From NCBI RefSeq assembly GCF_009914755.1, contig NC_060947.1: 64,000 bases of DNA, one strand, 5' to 3'. Below the pieces are notes generated by a model. That model saw only the letters and a program-made list of their open reading frames with translations, was not told the origin of the DNA and ran no database searches. Positions 61,470-64,000 of the stretch are shown here, piece by piece (the first letter of the stretch is position 1; the number at the start of each line of letters is the position of its first letter). This DNA comes from the human T2T-CHM13v2.0 reference genome, Homo sapiens. Made by a program: the position numbers and the translations under genes.

Positions 61470-61630
61470 TAATTTATTCATCAAGAACATCTTCTGCTGC
61501 TACTATGCAACAGGCACTGTTCTAGGTGCTTAGGACACACCAAAGCACCCTAAGCACCTAGAACGGTGCCTGCTGCATAGCATAGTAGGAGCAGTGCATA
61601 AACAAAGACAAAAACCCCTGCATTAGAAGA
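61470..61630 (-). mobile_element. L2 3' tail fragment carrying an inverted duplication
   Basis: atttattca...tactatgcaacaggcactgttctaggtgct...gcagtg...acaaagacaaaaacccctg is antisense L2 tail. Confidence 0.75.
61503..61580. repeat. Inverted repeat: 32-bp arms (30/32 matched), 14-nt loop
   Basis: ctatgcaacaggcactgttctaggtgcttagg (61503-61534) versus cctaagcacctagaacggtgcctgctgcatag (61549-61580). Confidence 0.97.
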
Positions 61631-62019
61631 GCACAGGTTGAATGTCATGAGGAGTTTACAGTCCTTGGCACTATAAAGGACAAGAAAAGAAATTACAATC
61701 CATTATCCTTCCTTTAGGTTCTTAAAAATTAGTTGAGGAAATATGATTACTACTCATAAAACAAAAGACAAATTCAAGGCAGGATATAACAAGGATCAAG
61801 GATCACATTTTGTGCTATGAATAGGTTTTCTTCTTTTGCTTAGACTGGTAAAACTTCATTAAAAATTATTTATGTGGCAAGGTTGAGTTAATCATGTGTT
61901 TCAGTTTATGGCACTTGTTATCAATGATCCATGCAAGGCTCCACTCATGTTTTTGTTTGTTTATTTATTCTTCTATTTATTTTCCCCTTCACCTGTACCC
62001 ATTCACTTAACTAATCTTC

Positions 62020-62310
62020 CACTGGTCTCTGTTTAAATGTCACTTCTTCAGAGAAGACTTTCCTGACTCTCCTATCTAAAATCTCACCTCCTCATCACTC
62101 TTACTCTGTTTTATTTTTCTTTACAGAATATATCACTACTTAAACTCCAATTACTTATCTCTTTCACAAGAATGTAAGCTTATTGGGAGTAGGGACTTTG
62201 TATTATACAGTACTGCATTCCTAGAGCTTAAAACAGTGCCTGGCACAAAGTAGGTGGTCAACTAATATTTGTAAATGAATGTATGAGTAAATGAATAAAT
62301 GAATAAATAA
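62020..62310 (+). mobile_element. L2 3' end
   Basis: aaatgtcacttcttcagagaag ... aacagtgcctggcacaaagtagg ... (tgaa)-type tail. Confidence 0.85.
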
Positions 62311-62429
62311 AAAGAAGATCAATGATAACTGGGGAAGTTAAGTATTCATAGATGACTCATAAATACCTGAAGTATTATATATGTTAATAATTAATCTCTT
62401 GTCTTGTCTGTACTTTTATTGATATACTC

Positions 62430-62630
62430 CTTCAAAAAATATTCATTGCCTACTTGTGATAGGCACTGTGCTAGGCACTACAGAGACCAAAACAAATAGG
62501 ACAAGGTCATTATTTCCAACAAGAAGATTGCAGTCCAATAAGCAAAATAGACAGATAAGTAGATAATTATAAATATGATGTGACAAAATCATTAATAAAC
62601 ATATGGACAAAGTGCTATGGGATCTCTGGG
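62430..62630 (-). mobile_element. L2 3' fragment
   Basis: aggcactgtgctaggcactacagagacc ... aagtgctatggga. Confidence 0.65.
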
Positions 62631-64000
62631 AAAAAAGTAATAAATTTCAGAAGAGCCATATGTCTTATTGGAGAAGAAGACATTTCATTTGTTCTTTCAA
62701 CAAAAATTAATGGGGCACCTGCCGTTTGCCTACCCTGTGCTAGGTGCCAGAGACACAGCAGCAACTGTGAGTTAGGTTCAGTATAAGGAATAGCTGAGCA
62801 CCAAACAAGAAGAATTTACCTTCTAGAAGAGCTGAAAAGAAGCTACAACCCAGGGCGTGCATGACTGCCAATGTGAGAGGCTTTATTCCAGGTAGTTGAA
62901 AAGTCCAGCAAAAAGGAATTTTGGCAGCCACGTGGAAGGAGACATGTTCTGAAGAATGAAAACAAACAGACAGTTCAAATAAGCTCAAATTGACTTTGCT
63001 AAGTAACATTGCTTCAGCTCCCTGAAATGGAAAGGTGAGGCTAAAAGTACACTCTGTTCCAATGGTTAGGTCATTTTGGAGCCAGCTTCTGAGATCCCAA
63101 AGCACAGAAAAGAGGATTAATGGAATACATTTGGAATTAAAACAAATAAAAAAACTAACAACAGAGGTTGCAACAGCACATTTCAAAGTGCTGTGGTAAA
63201 GAGTGTAAGTCTAATTCCTCCAGCTACCTTTGAACGACCTCATTGCTTTCAAACTTTGTAGTTACCTGGAAGCATTTGCTTTGTAGCACAACCACTATTA
63301 TAAGTCACAATTGCAAATGCTCCAAATAACAGGCATTGATTTGTGATAGAGCTGCTTCCTGCATGGTTAGCTCTAAGTAGCATGCTCTAGAGTGACGAAT
63401 TTCAAAGATTTACAGTAGAAAAACAAAGGTGGTGTATAAAGAACTTTATTTCAACTTTGAGAATTACCACAGCTCCATATTAATCATTACAAATAAAGTC
63501 AATAATATAAATCCAAGAATAATTATTTTATTTGTTCTATTAAACTGTATTTAACAAGGTTATTGATATCTCTGAACAACATCAGTTAAGACAGCTAGTA
63601 ATAAATATAAAAGTTTGATGTGATGCATCTAAAACTTAGCACAAGCATTTAAAATATCCATAATAGATATTATCACAATGCAACATGTTACAAATCCTTC
63701 TGATATTTTGCATCTGACTATCACTCACGTCCAGAAGAGTGCAGGTGCCAAATCAATGGGCCTGAACCTTGGTTGTCCACTTGAGTAGACATGTACAGAC
63801 TGAATTCAAAGAAATACTGGACAAAACTCACACCTTTCTGAATAGTGGTGCACTTAGAGGACGATTAAATATAAAGTTCAGACATTCCAGGATCCTTACT
63901 TCAATGTCTGCATGACAAACAAATTAACCATGCAGTCCAGGTTAATTCATAACTGGTTTCCAAAAGAATCCAAATTTAGTACATCACACACACATTTGCA

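Noticed and set aside
62740-63186. 148-aa minus-strand ORF in unique DNA
   Set aside because: Non-ATG start, no recognisable domain or exon structure, and it ends in an L2 fragment.
63173-63194. 7-bp stem acagcac...gtgctgt (and an 8-bp stem at 18306-18327)
   Set aside because: Short enough to be expected by chance in 64 kb.

Overview
This is primate (human-like) AT-rich genomic DNA, and most of it is nested transposable elements. I found no intact protein-coding gene, RNA gene or CRISPR-type system. The long ORFs are LINE-1 ORF1/ORF2 pieces, HERV-L gag-pol-dut relics or chance frames in repeats. L1 content: many generations in both orientations, including one full-length, inactivated L1PA3/4-like copy at 44942-51079 with a 15-bp TSD, and two internally deleted copies with both ends. 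LTR content: three THE1/MaLR elements (one complete, TSD GATAT), a truncated HERV-L provirus with its MLT2 LTR, and solo MST, MLT1 and MLT2A LTRs. Other repeats: only three Alus, plus ancient MIR, L2, CR1/L3 and MER5 fragments at about 36.1-40.6 kb and 60.9-64 kb. The most notable observations are a 32-bp-arm L2-derived hairpin (61503-61580), an MLT2A LTR with two perfect DUX4 motifs, a perfect 17-bp-arm palindrome in a THE1 LTR, an open ORF0-like antisense frame with a poly-Lys expansion, an apparently recombinant THE1 internal region, and a possible minus-strand gene 3' end at the right edge. Subfamily names come from recalled consensus sequences, not an alignment. Boundaries without TSD support are approximate.
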